64,000 nt of DNA from Eledone cirrhosa (GCA_964016885.1 OZ024742.1:333002001-333066000), one strand, 5' to 3'; positions 13,316 to 29,751 are shown, counted from the first letter of the stretch. Notes: generated by a model from the letters alone, not told the origin. Numbers and translations: made by a program.

Positions 13316-16300
13316 GGGTGGTGTGAGATTGTGTATGTTTGCATGCGTATGTTTTATGTGTGTTTGGTCTGTGTTTGAATTTATTAATATAATTAGTTTT
13401 GACAGCACATGTGTGACGTTACAAATCTAATGAAAGATTATGAAAATCATCCCCTCCTTTCTCTACACTAAGTCGCTGGCACACACGCCCAAACACACAA
13501 TATATATATATATGTGTGTGTGTGCGTGTGTGTGTGTGTATGCGCGCGTGTGTGTACATATATATATATATTATATATTATATTATATTGTATTATATAT
13601 TACTGATACACATGAAATTATATGTATATAGGTATGTATATATATGATATAAACATATATATGTATATACATACATACATCTCTATATATATATAGTGAG
13701 AGAGAGATGTGTGTGTGTGTGTGTGTAATACCTCCTGTATACGTATGTATATGTTTGTGCATATAGTTTCCTCAACATAGTTTCTTTATGTATTTATGTA
13801 ATAGATACACCATCTTCAATACTCTAAATTTGTGCTAAAATAATGTAATATAATATGCAGCTAAGGATGTAACCCACACAGAGACACACATACACAAACG
13901 TGCGCACACACGTGCGTAAGCGCAGGTGTCTGTATTTGCATATATATATATATATATATATATATAGGAAGCCGTATGTGTGTTTATATTTGTAGGCGGT
14001 GTATATTTTTGCAGCTGTCTCCGTCTATTGTTATTGTCACTGTTTGCATTTATCGGTTTCTATTCTTGCAATTATTCCAACAGATGTTTGTGTAAATCAA
14101 CTTTATATGATTTGTTAATCAAAGCTGACATAGATAACCATTACAATATTGAACATTTTACTGTATTACAAATGCTGATCGTCACATGTAAGCAGAATCA
14201 ATGATCTGGATAAGAATGCAATGGTTTGTGTTGATAAAGGACTACGTGTCTCAAATATGGGATTGCACACTGATTATGGTCAAATGCCTATTATTTGACT
14301 TATCAGTTAATGATTCTACCTGTTTAGTTTTACAGACAATCTGTGGAAACCCATGGGGAGGGAATTTCTGAAGTTTTCATAACATGTGTTCGTGTTAGTT
14401 TAAATCATAATATCCTTTAAATGAAAACTTCATGGACGGTTGTATTTGTAACTGAAACCATTGATCAACTTAACCCTACAGTAACGGACACTTGAGGGAG
14501 ATGCTACAAATTGTAACTGAACCTTCGACATTTCTGGTGAAACTGAGTCTATAGGAAAGACGCTCGAGAAAGGTGCCACAAACTGGAAATGAATACGAAA
14601 CCTCTTTGATGTGAAACCAAACTTTCACACAATGACACTTTCTACATTAATTCAAGTTGTATACAATGTTCACGAACTTATTGGCACCTTCGGCTCTTAA
14701 ACAGCATATACTATCTGATGAATCATATTTCCTATCCCCTCACATACCATCCTTCAACCTTACATTTCCAGTGCTTCATTGTACGAAACCTCGACTCCTC
14801 CAAGCTTGCTCCCACATTTACCACCGTTTTAACCAATCCACTCTCCTCATTTTGAACCTGTTCATAATCTACGCATAAGCGAAGGAACTTACTGATTCAT
14901 TCCTCATCACCACAAAACACAAAAACGCTGAGCTTCGGTCTGTTCCAACCCCATTTTGCACCCTTGAAGTTTTCTTCATCAATACCATCGGACTCTCTGG
15001 TCCGAACAACCATAACTTCTATATATCAGCTCATATAATTTCATTTGCACTATCAAGAAGGAAATAAATTGTATAAAATACATGTACAGATCAAATTTTG
15101 CTACATACATATTTGCTAGTAGCCTCATTTGACGTGGACCAACCAGCTAATACATTACGACTTTGGTGTTGCCTTACATGCCTGAACTGTGATGTCCTGC
15201 TTACTCATAGAACATAAATATTTGTTCTTGGATGTTTCGAGCCCCGTGATTTAATTTCCCTCTCATTCAGTCAACCATGCCTTCTTTTGTGAAAACCACT
15301 TCACCCTTTTCACAAATTCAACCTCTCCCCAAAATGTTGCAGGCTTTTAGAAGTACGTGGATTAAGTAATCACTTTCTTTAACTTTTTTTCTGCATCATT
15401 TGGATTTGTCATTCGGATGAAACTTCAAACACTTCATACGTTCAATCATTCAGCATCGTGTTTATATACCCAAGCTGTTTATATAGCTGATATTAGGATC
15501 GAAATCGGGTCCTATTGATTCTGGAGCGACCTTCTTAAATGTTCATATATATCTGCATTCAGTAAATAAATGTGGCAAAGAGCATTTAGTTTGAAGAAAA
15601 CCGAGCTTTCTTTGACGTTCGTATATACTTGACGCTATAATCTTACCTTGGCTTGGTAAGCGGTATTGCTAAACAGTTGGTTAAAATTTTATGTCTCACT
15701 TGATCAGAAGGTTTGTTGATTCACAAAGAGAAATATTGTACATAGAAAAATGTGTTTTACCAAATGTGTCTTCATTATAAATATGACATTCTGTTCAGGA
15801 TTTCCAATCACACTTAAGTGAAATCAACAGGGTATGACCATAATAGTTCTGCAGGTTAATGGAATTACCAAAACCTGAATTTTATATTACCTAGCAGGTG
15901 AAATAGAGATAACCTGCTGTGAAAAGGAACTGATCCTTTAGGGTAGTTATTTTGTGATAAAAATAATTGTCTAAAACACAAATGTTACAAGTGTTAGAGA
16001 TCAAAGCTAAAAAAAAAAAAGCGACAGCCAATACATTGCCTGCAGAATGCCAAGATATCGCAGGAGAATCGATTGTTTTGACATGCAATTTTTGTTCGGG
16101 TTAAATCATTCTCTTCTAAAGCAATAAATATATCACAATGAGTTAGAGGCAAATTTCCCGAAGGTTTCCTTTTGTAGTTAAGTCATCCGATTTGTGGTAT
16201 ATATTATAGCTTTATGTGAATAGTGCCAGATGGTAGAGGGAACCATTAGGTTGAAACTGACATGTATCTGGAGATATCCGGTCTTTCTGTGAGAGAACTG

Positions 16301-16656
16301 TACATTATTACTCGATGTCTTTTAAAGTGTTATTGTATTGAGTTTTAGTTGATCTGACACTGAACAGAATGTACGGTGTTGTTATTATGGCATTTCTACT
16401 TTTGTATATATACATACACACGCATATAGATATATAAATATATATATACATGCATTAATACATACATGCATTCATCCAAATACACACACACAATCTCTCA
16501 CACACACTCACCTACATACACACATTCATATGTACACATATGTGTATATTATAAAGATGGATAGGTGCACAAGTAAAGTGTGCGCAAATTTCAAATCCTA
16601 AGCCAAGCATTGGGAAAAAATATTATGTATATACACACACACACGCACATACACAT

Positions 16657-16660
16657 ATGT

Positions 16661-16692
<32 letters not shown>

Positions 16693-16926
16693 CATATATA
16701 TATCATATATATATATATATATATATATGATATATATGATATATATATATATATATACATATATGATATATATATATCATATATATATCATTTATATATA
16801 TATATATATATATATATCATATATATATCATTTATATATATATATATATATCATATATATATCATATATATATCATATATATATCATATAAATATCATAT
16901 ATATATCATATATATATCATATAAAT

Positions 16927-17010
<84 letters not shown>

Positions 17011-17139
17011 ATATATATTATATATATATATATATATCATATATATATATATTATATATATATATATATATCATATATATATATATATATTATATATATA
17101 TATCATATATATATATATATATCATATATATATATATAA

Positions 17140-17189
<50 letters not shown>

Positions 17190-17241
17190 TATATATATAT
17201 ATATATACCATATATATATATATATCATATATATATATATA

Positions 17242-17276
<35 letters not shown>

Positions 17277-17293
17277 CCATATATATATATATA

Positions 17294-17341
<48 letters not shown>

Positions 17342-17361
17342 TATATATATATATATATGAT

Positions 17362-17392
<31 letters not shown>

Positions 17393-17434
17393 CATATATA
17401 TATATATATATATCATATATATATATATATAATG

Positions 17435-17522
<88 letters not shown>
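16657..17522. repeat. Degenerate (TA)n tract with TCA interruptions
   Basis: Directly visible. Confidence 0.95.
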
Positions 17523-17525
<3 letters not shown>

Positions 17526-19333
17526 AAAGTGTTCTTTTCATTTGCAAAAAAACACAAAATCACAAAATCACTGGCTCTACTGTTGGCCCTCTAATTGATG
17601 AAAATGGCACTCTTCAAGACAATGCTAAAACCATGGGTGAGATACTGCAGAAACAATACTGCTCTGTTTTCAGCAATCCTGATATGGCCGATCTGGGCTG
17701 TATCGGCGATGTTACTCCCCATTACACCTTATCGGACATAACGTTTGGCGCCCCTGATGTCTTAGCGGCAATAAATGAAATCAAGCATAATTCAGCAGTA
17801 GGTCTCGATAGGTTCCCTGCTTGTGTCTTGAAGGCGTGTCAACACCAACTTGCATCTCCTCTTGCCAATCTGTGGCGGAACACACTGGATGCTGGATATG
17901 TGCCAGAAAACCTTATATCCCAGTCTGTTGTCCCAGTTTTCAGAAAAGGAAACAAATCCCTTGCCGTGAATTACCGTCCAATCTCACTCACCTTTCATAT
18001 CATTAAGGTATTTGAGAGAGTGGTGAGATCGCGAATGACCCACTACCTTGAGAGTAACAATATGCTAAACTCCAACCAGCATGGATTCCGTAATGGAAGG
18101 GATTGCTTGACGCAGCTACTGCATCACTTTGATGACATTTTGAGAGCCTTGGGAGAGGGTTCCAACACTGATGTTATCTACCTTGATTTCAGCAAGGCCT
18201 TTGACAGGGTTGATCATAACATTCTACTGAGAAAACTGTCCAATATTGGTGTCACTGGAAAGCTGCTGCAGTGGATCAAGAGCTTCCTGTCAAACAGAAC
18301 CCAAAATGTTGTAGTTGAAGGAGTCAAATCCAGCCCAGCCAAAGTCAGTAGTGGGGTCCCACAAGGCACTGTGTTGGGGCCACTTCTCTTCATCATCTAT
18401 ATTAATGACATCACTGACATCATCAAACACAGCAACATTAAAATTTTCGCTGATGATTCCAAGCTCCAAAAGGTCATCAATGGCGTGGATGAGCGGATAA
18501 GCCTTCAGTCAGACCTACTGGCTGTTACCCAATGGGCGGAAAAGAACAACATGTTACTGAACGAAGACAAATTCGAACTGATCCACTTTGGAAAAGAGGA
18601 TGCTCTGAAACTCCCGTACTCCCTTCCCTCCGGGGAAACTCTCGTGGCATCTAACAACATCAGAGACTTGGGAGTAACCGTGGACAGCAACATAAGCTGG
18701 GCCACGCATATAAGCAGCAAAGTTGACATGGCCCGCAGAATGTGTTCCTGGATCCTCAGAACATTCCAGTCAAGAGATTCCCACACCATTATCCTTCTCT
18801 TCTCTACTTTTGCCCGACCACACCTTGAATACTGTTGTCCACTGTGGTCTCCCCACACGAAACAAAGTATCATGAAACTTGAAGCTCCTCAAAGGGCAAT
18901 CACGAAAAAGATAGATGGCATGTCAGACCTTGACTACTGGGGTCGACTAGAAAAGCTGAAACTTTACTCACTCCAACGTCGCCGTGAGCTTTATATTATC
19001 TGCATGATGTGGAAAATGTTCCATCATCACTGCCCAAATGATGTTGGCATCGCCTTCAAGATACACCCTAGGCTTGGGCCCCGTGCTATCCGTCCCATAC
19101 AAAAATCTAAATCGCAACTCATAACAACAATACGAGACAATTATTTCACCTCAATTGGCCCTGCTCTCTTCAACATCACACCAGCACACGTCAAAACAGA
19201 AACTGACCACACAAAATTCAAGAAGTCTTTGGACAAATTCCTCCAAGTAATCCCGGACAAACCACCCACACACGGATATGTCTCCGCAAACAGTAATTCT
19301 CTTCTCGAATGGGCCATGGTGCCCAAATCCTGA
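17521..19333 (+). CDS. CR1-group LINE ORF2 reverse transcriptase, 5'-truncated (no endonuclease)
   Basis: [50 protein letters not shown] motifs; frame open for about 600 codons; the annotated N-terminal IY run is microsatellite. Confidence 0.92.
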
Positions 19334-19423
19334 ATTGAAAGATTTCGCCAGGTGGTGCTATTAAGTTAGACATGGCCTGGGCCAATACTGGCCAAAACAT
19401 TTCAAAGTTACTTTTCAAAGTTA
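17521..19423 (+). mobile_element. LINE insertion with short 3' UTR and tandem-repeat tail
   Basis: Ends ttcaaagtta-ctt-ttcaaagtta, then (TA)n. Confidence 0.85.
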
Positions 19424-19462
19424 TATATATATTATATATATATATATCATATATATATATAT

Positions 19463-19510
<48 letters not shown>

Positions 19511-19517
<7 letters not shown>

Positions 19518-21500
19518 GACGTAAAATAAGAAAATATTTTTTTAAAAAAATTTAAAAAAAATTTTTTTCTTACTTAAATTTTCACTCCAACTAATTAGTT
19601 TCTGCAATGGGATAAAGACAGTTACGTAATCCAACTGTCGAGAATTCATTGCGTCATCAGGAAGTCTATTCTCAGTTAAGTCTCCAGGCAATGCGCGGAC
19701 ACTTTACGTCCTTTATATTATTGTTCTGCATTCTCCTGCATTGAACCACCTAGGTACTATGACATAACCTGTGTATTTGCTGGCATGGGCGTGCATCTGT
19801 GCGCTTATGTTAGTTGATATATTAAATTATCTATATTTATCTCCAAATCACTGATTTGTCGAGCAAACTTGTCAAAACCACTTCTAAAAAAATTTTTTTT
19901 GGGGTGTTAGTAGGCGTCAGTCATCTTACCATCCCATTCCTTCTAACTAGCCTCTGTGTCACGTGATTGATTCTTTAGAATCGGCCATTTGACTTGAAGC
20001 AGTGAGAATTTCGGTACATAGAATCCAGTCCTCGCAAGCTGTTCGATCTACCGAATTATTATTATTTTTATATGAGCCGCCAGTGTCCGCGCATTGCCTG
20101 GAGACTTAACTGAGAATAGACTTCCTGATGACGCAATGAATTCTCGACAGTTGGATTACGTAACTGTCTTTATCCCATTGCAGAAACTAATTAGTTGGAG
20201 TGAAAATTTAAGTAAGAAAAAAATTTTTTTTAAATTTTTTTAAAAAAATATTTTCTTATTTTACGTCCTTTATATTATTGTTCTGCATTCTCCTGCATTG
20301 AACCACCTAGGTACTATGACATAACCTGTGTATTTGCTGGCATGGGCGTGCATCTGTGCGCTTATGTTAGTTGATATATTAAATTATCTATATTTATCTC
20401 CAAATCACTGATTTGTCGAGCAAACTTGTCAAAACCACTTCTAAAAAAATTTTTTTTGGGGTGTTAGTAGGCGTCAGTCATCTTACCATCCCATTCCTTC
20501 TAACTAGCCTCTGTGTCACGTGATTGATTCTTTAGAATCGGCCATTTGACTTGAAGCAGTGAGAATTTCGGTACATAGAATCCAGTCCTCGCAAGCTGTT
20601 CGATCTACCGAATTATTATTATTTTTATATGAGCCGCCAGTGTCCGCGCATTGCCTGGAGACTTAACTGAGAATAGACTTCCTGATGACGCAATGAATTC
20701 TCGACAGTTGGATTACGTAACTGTCTTTATCCCATTGCAGAAACTAATTAGTTGGAGTGAAAATTTAAGTAAGAAAAAAATTTTTTTTAAATTTTTTTAA
20801 AAAAATATTTTCTTATTTTACGTCCTTTATATTATTGTTCTGCATTCTCCTGCATTGAACCACCTAGGTACTATGACATAACCTGTGTATTTGCTGGCAT
20901 GGGCGTGCATCTGTGCGCTTATGTTAGTTGATATATTAAATTATCTATATTTATCTCCAAATCACTGATTTGTCGAGCAAACTTGTCAAAACCACTTCTA
21001 AAAAAATTTTTTTTGGGGTGTTAGTAGGCGTCAGTCATCTTACCATCCCATTCCTTCTAACTAGCCTCTGTGTCACGTGATTGATTCTTTAGAATCGGCC
21101 ATTTGACTTGAAGCAGTGAGAATTTCGGTACATAGAATCCAGTCCTCGCAAGCTGTTCGATCTACCGAATTATTATTATTTTTATATGAGCCGCCAGTGT
21201 CCGCGCATTGCCTGGAGACTTAACTGAGAATAGACTTCCTGATGACGCAATGAATTCTCGACAGTTGGATTACGTAACTGTCTTTATCCCATTGCAGAAA
21301 CTAATTAGTTGGAGTGAAAATTTAAGTAAGAAAAAAATTTTTTTTAAATTTTTTTAAAAAAATATTTTCTTATTTTACGTCCTTTATATTATTGTTCTGC
21401 ATTCTCCTGCATTGAACCACCTAGGTACTATGACATAACCTGTGTATTTGCTGGCATGGGCGTGCATCTGTGCGCTTATGTTAGTTGATATATTAAATTA

Positions 21501-21505
<5 letters not shown>
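19511..21505 (+). mobile_element. Retrozyme-like array: about 3.2 x 557-bp monomers with a 5' inverted segment (family J)
   Basis: ttacgtcctttat at 19704, 20261, 20818 and 21375; units look identical; 19511-19703 is an inverted copy of the HHR-bearing part. Confidence 0.92.
20120..20201 (+). ncRNA. Type I hammerhead ribozyme (also 20677-20758, 21234-21315 and minus strand 19584-19665)
   Basis: acttc-CTGATGA-c-gcaatg...gacagtt...aactgtc...cattgc-a-GAAA-ctaattagtt-ggagt. Confidence 0.85.
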
Positions 21506-21549
<44 letters not shown>

Positions 21550-21628
21550 TATATACATATATATATATATATATCATATATACATATATATATATATATA
21601 TGTATATGTATATATATATATATCATAT

Positions 21629-21702
<74 letters not shown>

Positions 21703-21736
21703 CATATATCTATATGTATATGTATATATATATATC

Positions 21737-21819
<83 letters not shown>

Positions 21820-21847
21820 TATGTATATGTATATATATATATCATAT

Positions 21848-21881
<34 letters not shown>

Positions 21882-21982
21882 ACATATCATATATATATAT
21901 ATATATATGTATATGTATATATATATATATCATATAGATATATATGTATATATATATATATATATATATCATATATATATAT

Positions 21983-22014
<32 letters not shown>

Positions 22015-22015
22015 C

Positions 22016-22067
<52 letters not shown>

Positions 22068-22083
22068 CATATATATATATATC

Positions 22084-22122
<39 letters not shown>

Positions 22123-22139
22123 TATCATATATATATATC

Positions 22140-22199
<60 letters not shown>

Positions 22200-22201
22200 A
22201 G

Positions 22202-22235
<34 letters not shown>

Positions 22236-22268
22236 TAAATATATATGTATATATATATATATATATAT

Positions 22269-22378
<110 letters not shown>

Positions 22379-22562
22379 ATATATATATATATATCATATA
22401 TATATATATATATATCATATATATATATATATATATATATATCATATATATATATATATATATATATCATATATATATATGTATCATATATATATATATC
22501 ACATATATATATATATATATCATATATATATATGTATATAAATATATATATATATATATATA

Positions 22563-23160
22563 TTCAGGTTTGAGGTTCACCACTGTATAGAGCTGGTCTA
22601 TTCCGTATGGTCCATCGTAATGCAATAATATAGAGAGTATTCAACGTAAAGCAGTTCAACCGTCTTTGTTTTTGTAGTTGGTGGTGCTATTACGGAGTTA
22701 AATATTATAATGAAATGACAGGAGGCTGGATTTGTGTAAATCCTTGAAAGGTTTATTATACTATGATCATTTCAATGACCGGGTTCCGTATGAATCCGGT
22801 GATATCATCAGGTATTCGAAATATAATACGTGAATGTAATAGGTAAAATCCATGGGGCTGAAAATCGGGACCCGAGGGCGACCGCTATTCTGTTCCTTCA
22901 ACCTCAGCCGGTCGCCCTGGAGTGACGTGGCTAAATTTTATAGTATGCTACTACCGGTCAGATGAACGAAAACAGAAAGAGATGGGGGCATAGGTTAACG
23001 TCGATCCCATGACACAAGGTAAAAGAAAGAAAGAAAGGAAGGAGAAGAAGGGGGAACAAAGAAGTAGAGAAGTCAGGGTTAATGTCAGCTAAAAGAGGAA
23101 GGTAACTACTACTGGTCAGATATAGGCTTGCCTATATCTGACCAGTAGTAGTTACCTTCA
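22563..23160 (-). mobile_element. Family F pseudo-LTR (HHR on minus strand, 22758-22815) ending in a perfect hairpin
   Basis: Homologous to 6001-6360; terminal hairpin gaaggtaactactactggtcagatataggc-tt-gcctatatctgaccagtagtagttaccttc. Confidence 0.8.
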
Positions 23161-23188
23161 TATATATCATATATATATATATATCATA

Positions 23189-23220
<32 letters not shown>

Positions 23221-23490
23221 CATATACATATATCATATATATATATATGTATATATGATATATATATATATACATATACATATATATATATATATATACT
23301 TATATATATATATGATATATAAATATATATATGATATATATATATATATATGATATATATATATATATATGATATATATATATATATATATATATATGAT
23401 ATATATATGATATATATATGTATGTATATATATATATATCATATATATATGATATATATATGTATGTATATATATATATATCATATATAT

Positions 23491-23521
<31 letters not shown>

Positions 23522-23529
23522 CATATATA

Positions 23530-23560
<31 letters not shown>

Positions 23561-23778
23561 CATATATATATCATATATATATATATATATATATATCATA
23601 TATATATATATATATCATATATATATATATATATCATATATATATATATATATATCATATATATATATATATCATCTATATATATATATATATATATATA
23701 AGTATATATATATATATATGTATATGTATATATATATATATCATATATACATATATATATATATGATATATGTATATG

Positions 23779-23809
<31 letters not shown>

Positions 23810-23831
23810 GTGATATATATATATATATATG

Positions 23832-23863
<32 letters not shown>

Positions 23864-23941
23864 GATATATATATATACATATATATGATATATATGTATA
23901 TATGATATATATACATATATATGATATATATATATATATGA

Positions 23942-23978
<37 letters not shown>

Positions 23979-23979
23979 G

Positions 23980-24010
<31 letters not shown>

Positions 24011-24198
24011 TATATACATATACATATATCATATATATATATATATGTATATATGATATATATATATATACATATACATATATATATATATATACTTATA
24101 TATATATATATATATATATATATGATATATATATATATATATGATATATATATATATATGATATATATATATATATATGATATATATAAATATATATG

Positions 24199-24229
<31 letters not shown>

Positions 24230-24238
24230 ATATATATG

Positions 24239-24269
<31 letters not shown>

Positions 24270-24277
24270 TATATATG

Positions 24278-24308
<31 letters not shown>

Positions 24309-24412
24309 ATATATATGATATATATATATATATGATATATATATGATATATATATGATATATATATATATACATACATATATATATATACATATATATGA
24401 TATATATATATA

Positions 24413-24477
<65 letters not shown>

Positions 24478-24505
24478 GATATCATATATACATATATATA
24501 TATTG

Positions 24506-24885
24506 TTATACTTGGGGAGGGTCATATTTGTGTAATATTGCCAGAATTAATAACAGAACACACTCACTGTTTGGTTGGTTTTCGCTTCTCGCTGTCTTTT
24601 ATATCTGCGATCTAACTTACCCCGTCCTCAATGTTGCCATTGACTGACCGACGGTCAAAAATAATACAGATACAATATAGACACAAACACATATATATAG
24701 TTTACATAATTTACATAAATCTTTCGTTGCACATATGCAACATCGCCAGTGGTGTTATATTTTTTCCTCCTGTTGTGTTGTATGTCTACGCCATTTTTTA
24801 TTACACTAATATGACCCTCCCCAAGTATAACAATATTTGTTTCGACACACGATTTCTTATAAAAAACCTCGCTAAACTAATTCAT
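24506..24885 (-). mobile_element. Family B element (HHR core mutated to CTGGCGA)
   Basis: Homologous to 7127-7591 and 27947-28327. Confidence 0.8.
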
Positions 24886-24926
24886 ATATATATATATATA
24901 TATATATATCATATAAACATATATAT

Positions 24927-24960
<34 letters not shown>

Positions 24961-24962
24961 CA

Positions 24963-24993
<31 letters not shown>

Positions 24994-25015
24994 GTAAATA
25001 TATATCATAAATATG

Positions 25016-25086
<71 letters not shown>

Positions 25087-25099
25087 GTATCATATATAT

Positions 25100-25146
<47 letters not shown>

Positions 25147-25188
25147 CATATGTATATATCTCTATATATATATATGTATATATATATG

Positions 25189-25223
<35 letters not shown>

Positions 25224-25296
25224 GTATATATATGTATATATATATAAATATATATGTACATGTATATATATATATCATATATATATATATATATAC

Positions 25297-25579
25297 ATGT
25301 AAAGTTATATTTAAAATTGTTGGGTTACAACTAGTAAATATTTATAACTGATATAAAAGCACTCGACAAATATTTGGAGTATATTTACAATATTAAATAA
25401 ATGGAAAACTATATTTATAAAACCATATTTATTTCATTATATATATTTCGGGGATATCATATTAACAATATGCTATGCCTTCATCAGACAAAATACAATA
25501 TAAACAGTTTTATAGATAAATATATTCGACATACCGTAATAAACATCAACTTCATTTGAAGAGGTTTAGTCTAGCAGTC

Positions 25580-25580
<1 letters not shown>
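25297..25580 (-). mobile_element. Family A pseudo-LTR, HHR on minus strand 25430-25495
   Basis: Homologous to 3001-3240; near-identical inverted copy of 27365-27648. Confidence 0.85.
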
Positions 25581-25613
<33 letters not shown>

Positions 25614-25620
25614 CATATAT

Positions 25621-25677
<57 letters not shown>

Positions 25678-25883
25678 ATATATATATATATATATATATA
25701 TCTCATATATATATCATATATATATATCTATATCATATATATATATATATGATATATATATCATATATATATATATATATATATATATGATATATATATA
25801 TATATATATATATATCATATATATATATATATATCATATATATATATATATATATATATATCATATATATATATATATATATA

Positions 25884-25958
<75 letters not shown>

Positions 25959-25976
25959 GATATATATATATATATG

Positions 25977-26012
<36 letters not shown>

Positions 26013-26013
26013 G

Positions 26014-26048
<35 letters not shown>

Positions 26049-26074
26049 CATATATATGATATATATATATGATA

Positions 26075-26146
<72 letters not shown>

Positions 26147-26200
26147 ATATATATATACATATACATATATATATATGTATATATGATATATATATATACG

Positions 26201-26231
<31 letters not shown>

Positions 26232-26453
26232 ATTTATATATATATATATATATATGATATATATATATATATATGATATATATATATATATATATGATAT
26301 ATATATATATATATATATATGATATATATATATATATGATATATATATGACATATATATATATATATATGCATATATATGATATATATATATATATATAT
26401 ATATGATATATATATGATATATATATATATGATATATATATGATATATATATG

Positions 26454-26491
<38 letters not shown>

Positions 26492-26512
26492 GATATATAT
26501 ATAAATATAAAC

Positions 26513-26545
<33 letters not shown>

Positions 26546-26551
26546 GATATC

Positions 26552-26622
<71 letters not shown>

Positions 26623-26668
26623 GATATATATATATGTATATATGATATATATATATTTACATATACAT

Positions 26669-26702
<34 letters not shown>

Positions 26703-26956
26703 ATATATATATATGATATATATATATATATTTATATATATGAGATATATATATATATATATATATATGATATATATATATATATATATATGATATATAT
26801 ATATATATATATATGATATATATATATATATGATATATATATGATATATATATATATATATATATGATATATATATATATATATATATATATGATATATA
26901 TATATATATATATGATTTATATATATATATATAAGATATATATATATATATATATG

Positions 26957-26992
<36 letters not shown>

Positions 26993-27087
26993 GATATATA
27001 TATATATATATATATCATATATACATATATATATGTATATATATATATATTATATATATATATATGTATATGTATATATATATATAT

Positions 27088-27121
<34 letters not shown>

Positions 27122-27123
27122 TC

Positions 27124-27155
<32 letters not shown>

Positions 27156-27210
27156 CATATATATATCATATATATATATATATATATATATCATATATAT
27201 ATATATATAT

Positions 27211-27642
27211 ACAATATTAAATAAATGGAAAACTATATTTATAAAACCATATTTATTTCATTATATATATTTCGGGGATATCATATTAACAATATGCTAT
27301 GCCTTCATCAGACAAAATACAATATAAACAGTTTTATAGATAAATATATTCGACATACCGTAATAAGTGCTAGAGTAAACCTCTGCAAATGAAGTTGATG
27401 TTTATTACGGTATGTCGAATATATTTATCTATAAAACTGTTTATATTGTATTTTGTCTGATGAAGGCATAGCATATTGTTAATATGATATCCCCGAAATA
27501 TATATAATGAAATAAATATGGTTTTATAAATATAGTTTTCCATTTATTTAATATTGTAAATATACTCCAAATATTTGTCGAGTGCTTTTATATCAGTTAT
27601 AAATATTTACGAGTTGTAACCCAACAATTTTAAATATAACTT

Positions 27643-27648
<6 letters not shown>
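27211..27648 (+). mobile_element. Family A palindromic insertion, HHR 27449-27514 plus inverted copy
   Basis: Arms about 27211-27365 / 27402-27556, tail to 27648; tattttgt-CTGATGA-aggcatagcatatt...aatatgatatcccc-GAAA-tatatata-atgaaata. Confidence 0.88.
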
Positions 27649-27673
<25 letters not shown>

Positions 27674-27699
27674 ATCATATATATATCATATATATATAT

Positions 27700-27912
<213 letters not shown>

Positions 27913-27946
27913 ATATATATAGATATCATATATACATATATATATA

Positions 27947-28327
27947 TTGTTATACTTGGGGAGGGTCATGTTTGTGTAATATTGCCAGAATTAATAACAG
28001 AACACACTCACTGTTTGGTTGGTTTTCGCTTCTCGCTGTCTTTTATATCTGCGATCTAACTTGCTCGGTCTTCAATGTTGCCATTGACTGACCGACGGTC
28101 AAAAATAATACAGATACCACATAGACACAAACACATATATATAGTTTACATAACTTACATAAATCTTTCGTTGCACATCTGCAACATCGTCAGTGGTGTT
28201 ATATTTTTTCCTCCTGTTGTGTTGTATGTCTACGTCATTATTTATTACACAAATATGACCCTCCCCAAGTATAACAATATTTGTTTCGACACACGGTTTT
28301 ATTTAAAAAACCTCGCTAAACTAATTC
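27947..28327 (-). mobile_element. Family B element with HHR core 28166-28193
   Basis: Minus strand CTGACGA-t-gttgca gatg tgcaac-GAAA; inverted ends plus tail. Confidence 0.8.
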
Positions 28328-28542
28328 ATATATATATATATATATATATATATCATATAAACATATATATATATATATGTATATGTATATATATATGTAT
28401 ATCATATATATGTATATATATGTATATATATATATATATATCATATATATATATGTCTATGTATACATATATATATCATATATATATATATGTAAATGTA
28501 TATATATATATATATATCATATATATATATATATATGTAAAT

Positions 28543-28574
<32 letters not shown>

Positions 28575-28632
28575 GTATATATATATATATCATATATATA
28601 TAAAAGTATATGTATATATATATATATATATC

Positions 28633-28668
<36 letters not shown>

Positions 28669-28688
28669 CATATATATATATATATATC

Positions 28689-28789
<101 letters not shown>

Positions 28790-28791
28790 TC

Positions 28792-28859
<68 letters not shown>

Positions 28860-28960
28860 CATATATATATATATATATATATATGTATCTCATATATATA
28901 TCATATATATATATATATATTATATATATATATGTATATATTATATATATATATGTATAT

Positions 28961-29036
<76 letters not shown>

Positions 29037-29096
29037 TATATATATAATATATATATATATATATCTCATATATATATCATATATATATATATATAT

Positions 29097-29151
<55 letters not shown>

Positions 29152-29167
29152 TATATATATATATATC

Positions 29168-29235
<68 letters not shown>

Positions 29236-29236
29236 T

Positions 29237-29271
<35 letters not shown>

Positions 29272-29325
29272 TATATATATCATATATATATATCTATATC
29301 ATATATATATATATATCATATATAT

Positions 29326-29366
<41 letters not shown>

Positions 29367-29404
29367 TATATATATATATATCATATATATATATATATAT
29401 CATA

Positions 29405-29443
<39 letters not shown>

Positions 29444-29508
29444 CATATATATATATATATCATATATACATATATATATATATGTATACATATATATATA
29501 TATATATG

Positions 29509-29539
<31 letters not shown>

Positions 29540-29578
29540 ATATATATATCATATATATATATATATTATATATATATG

Positions 29579-29751
<173 letters not shown>

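Noticed and set aside
14460-15060. Possible decayed SINE/LINE remnants
   Set aside because: Too degenerate to assign by eye
15600-16090. Possible small minus-strand host exons (GTAAG/GTAAT donors near 15646 and 15890)
   Set aside because: No recognisable protein; such splice-like words are common by chance
17357-17520. N-terminus of the 658-aa ORF
   Set aside because: Microsatellite read-through; LINE homology starts at about 17521
19704-21505. CRISPR array or classical satellite
   Set aside because: No repeat-spacer alternation; long identical units with an HHR and a 5' inversion fit a retroelement
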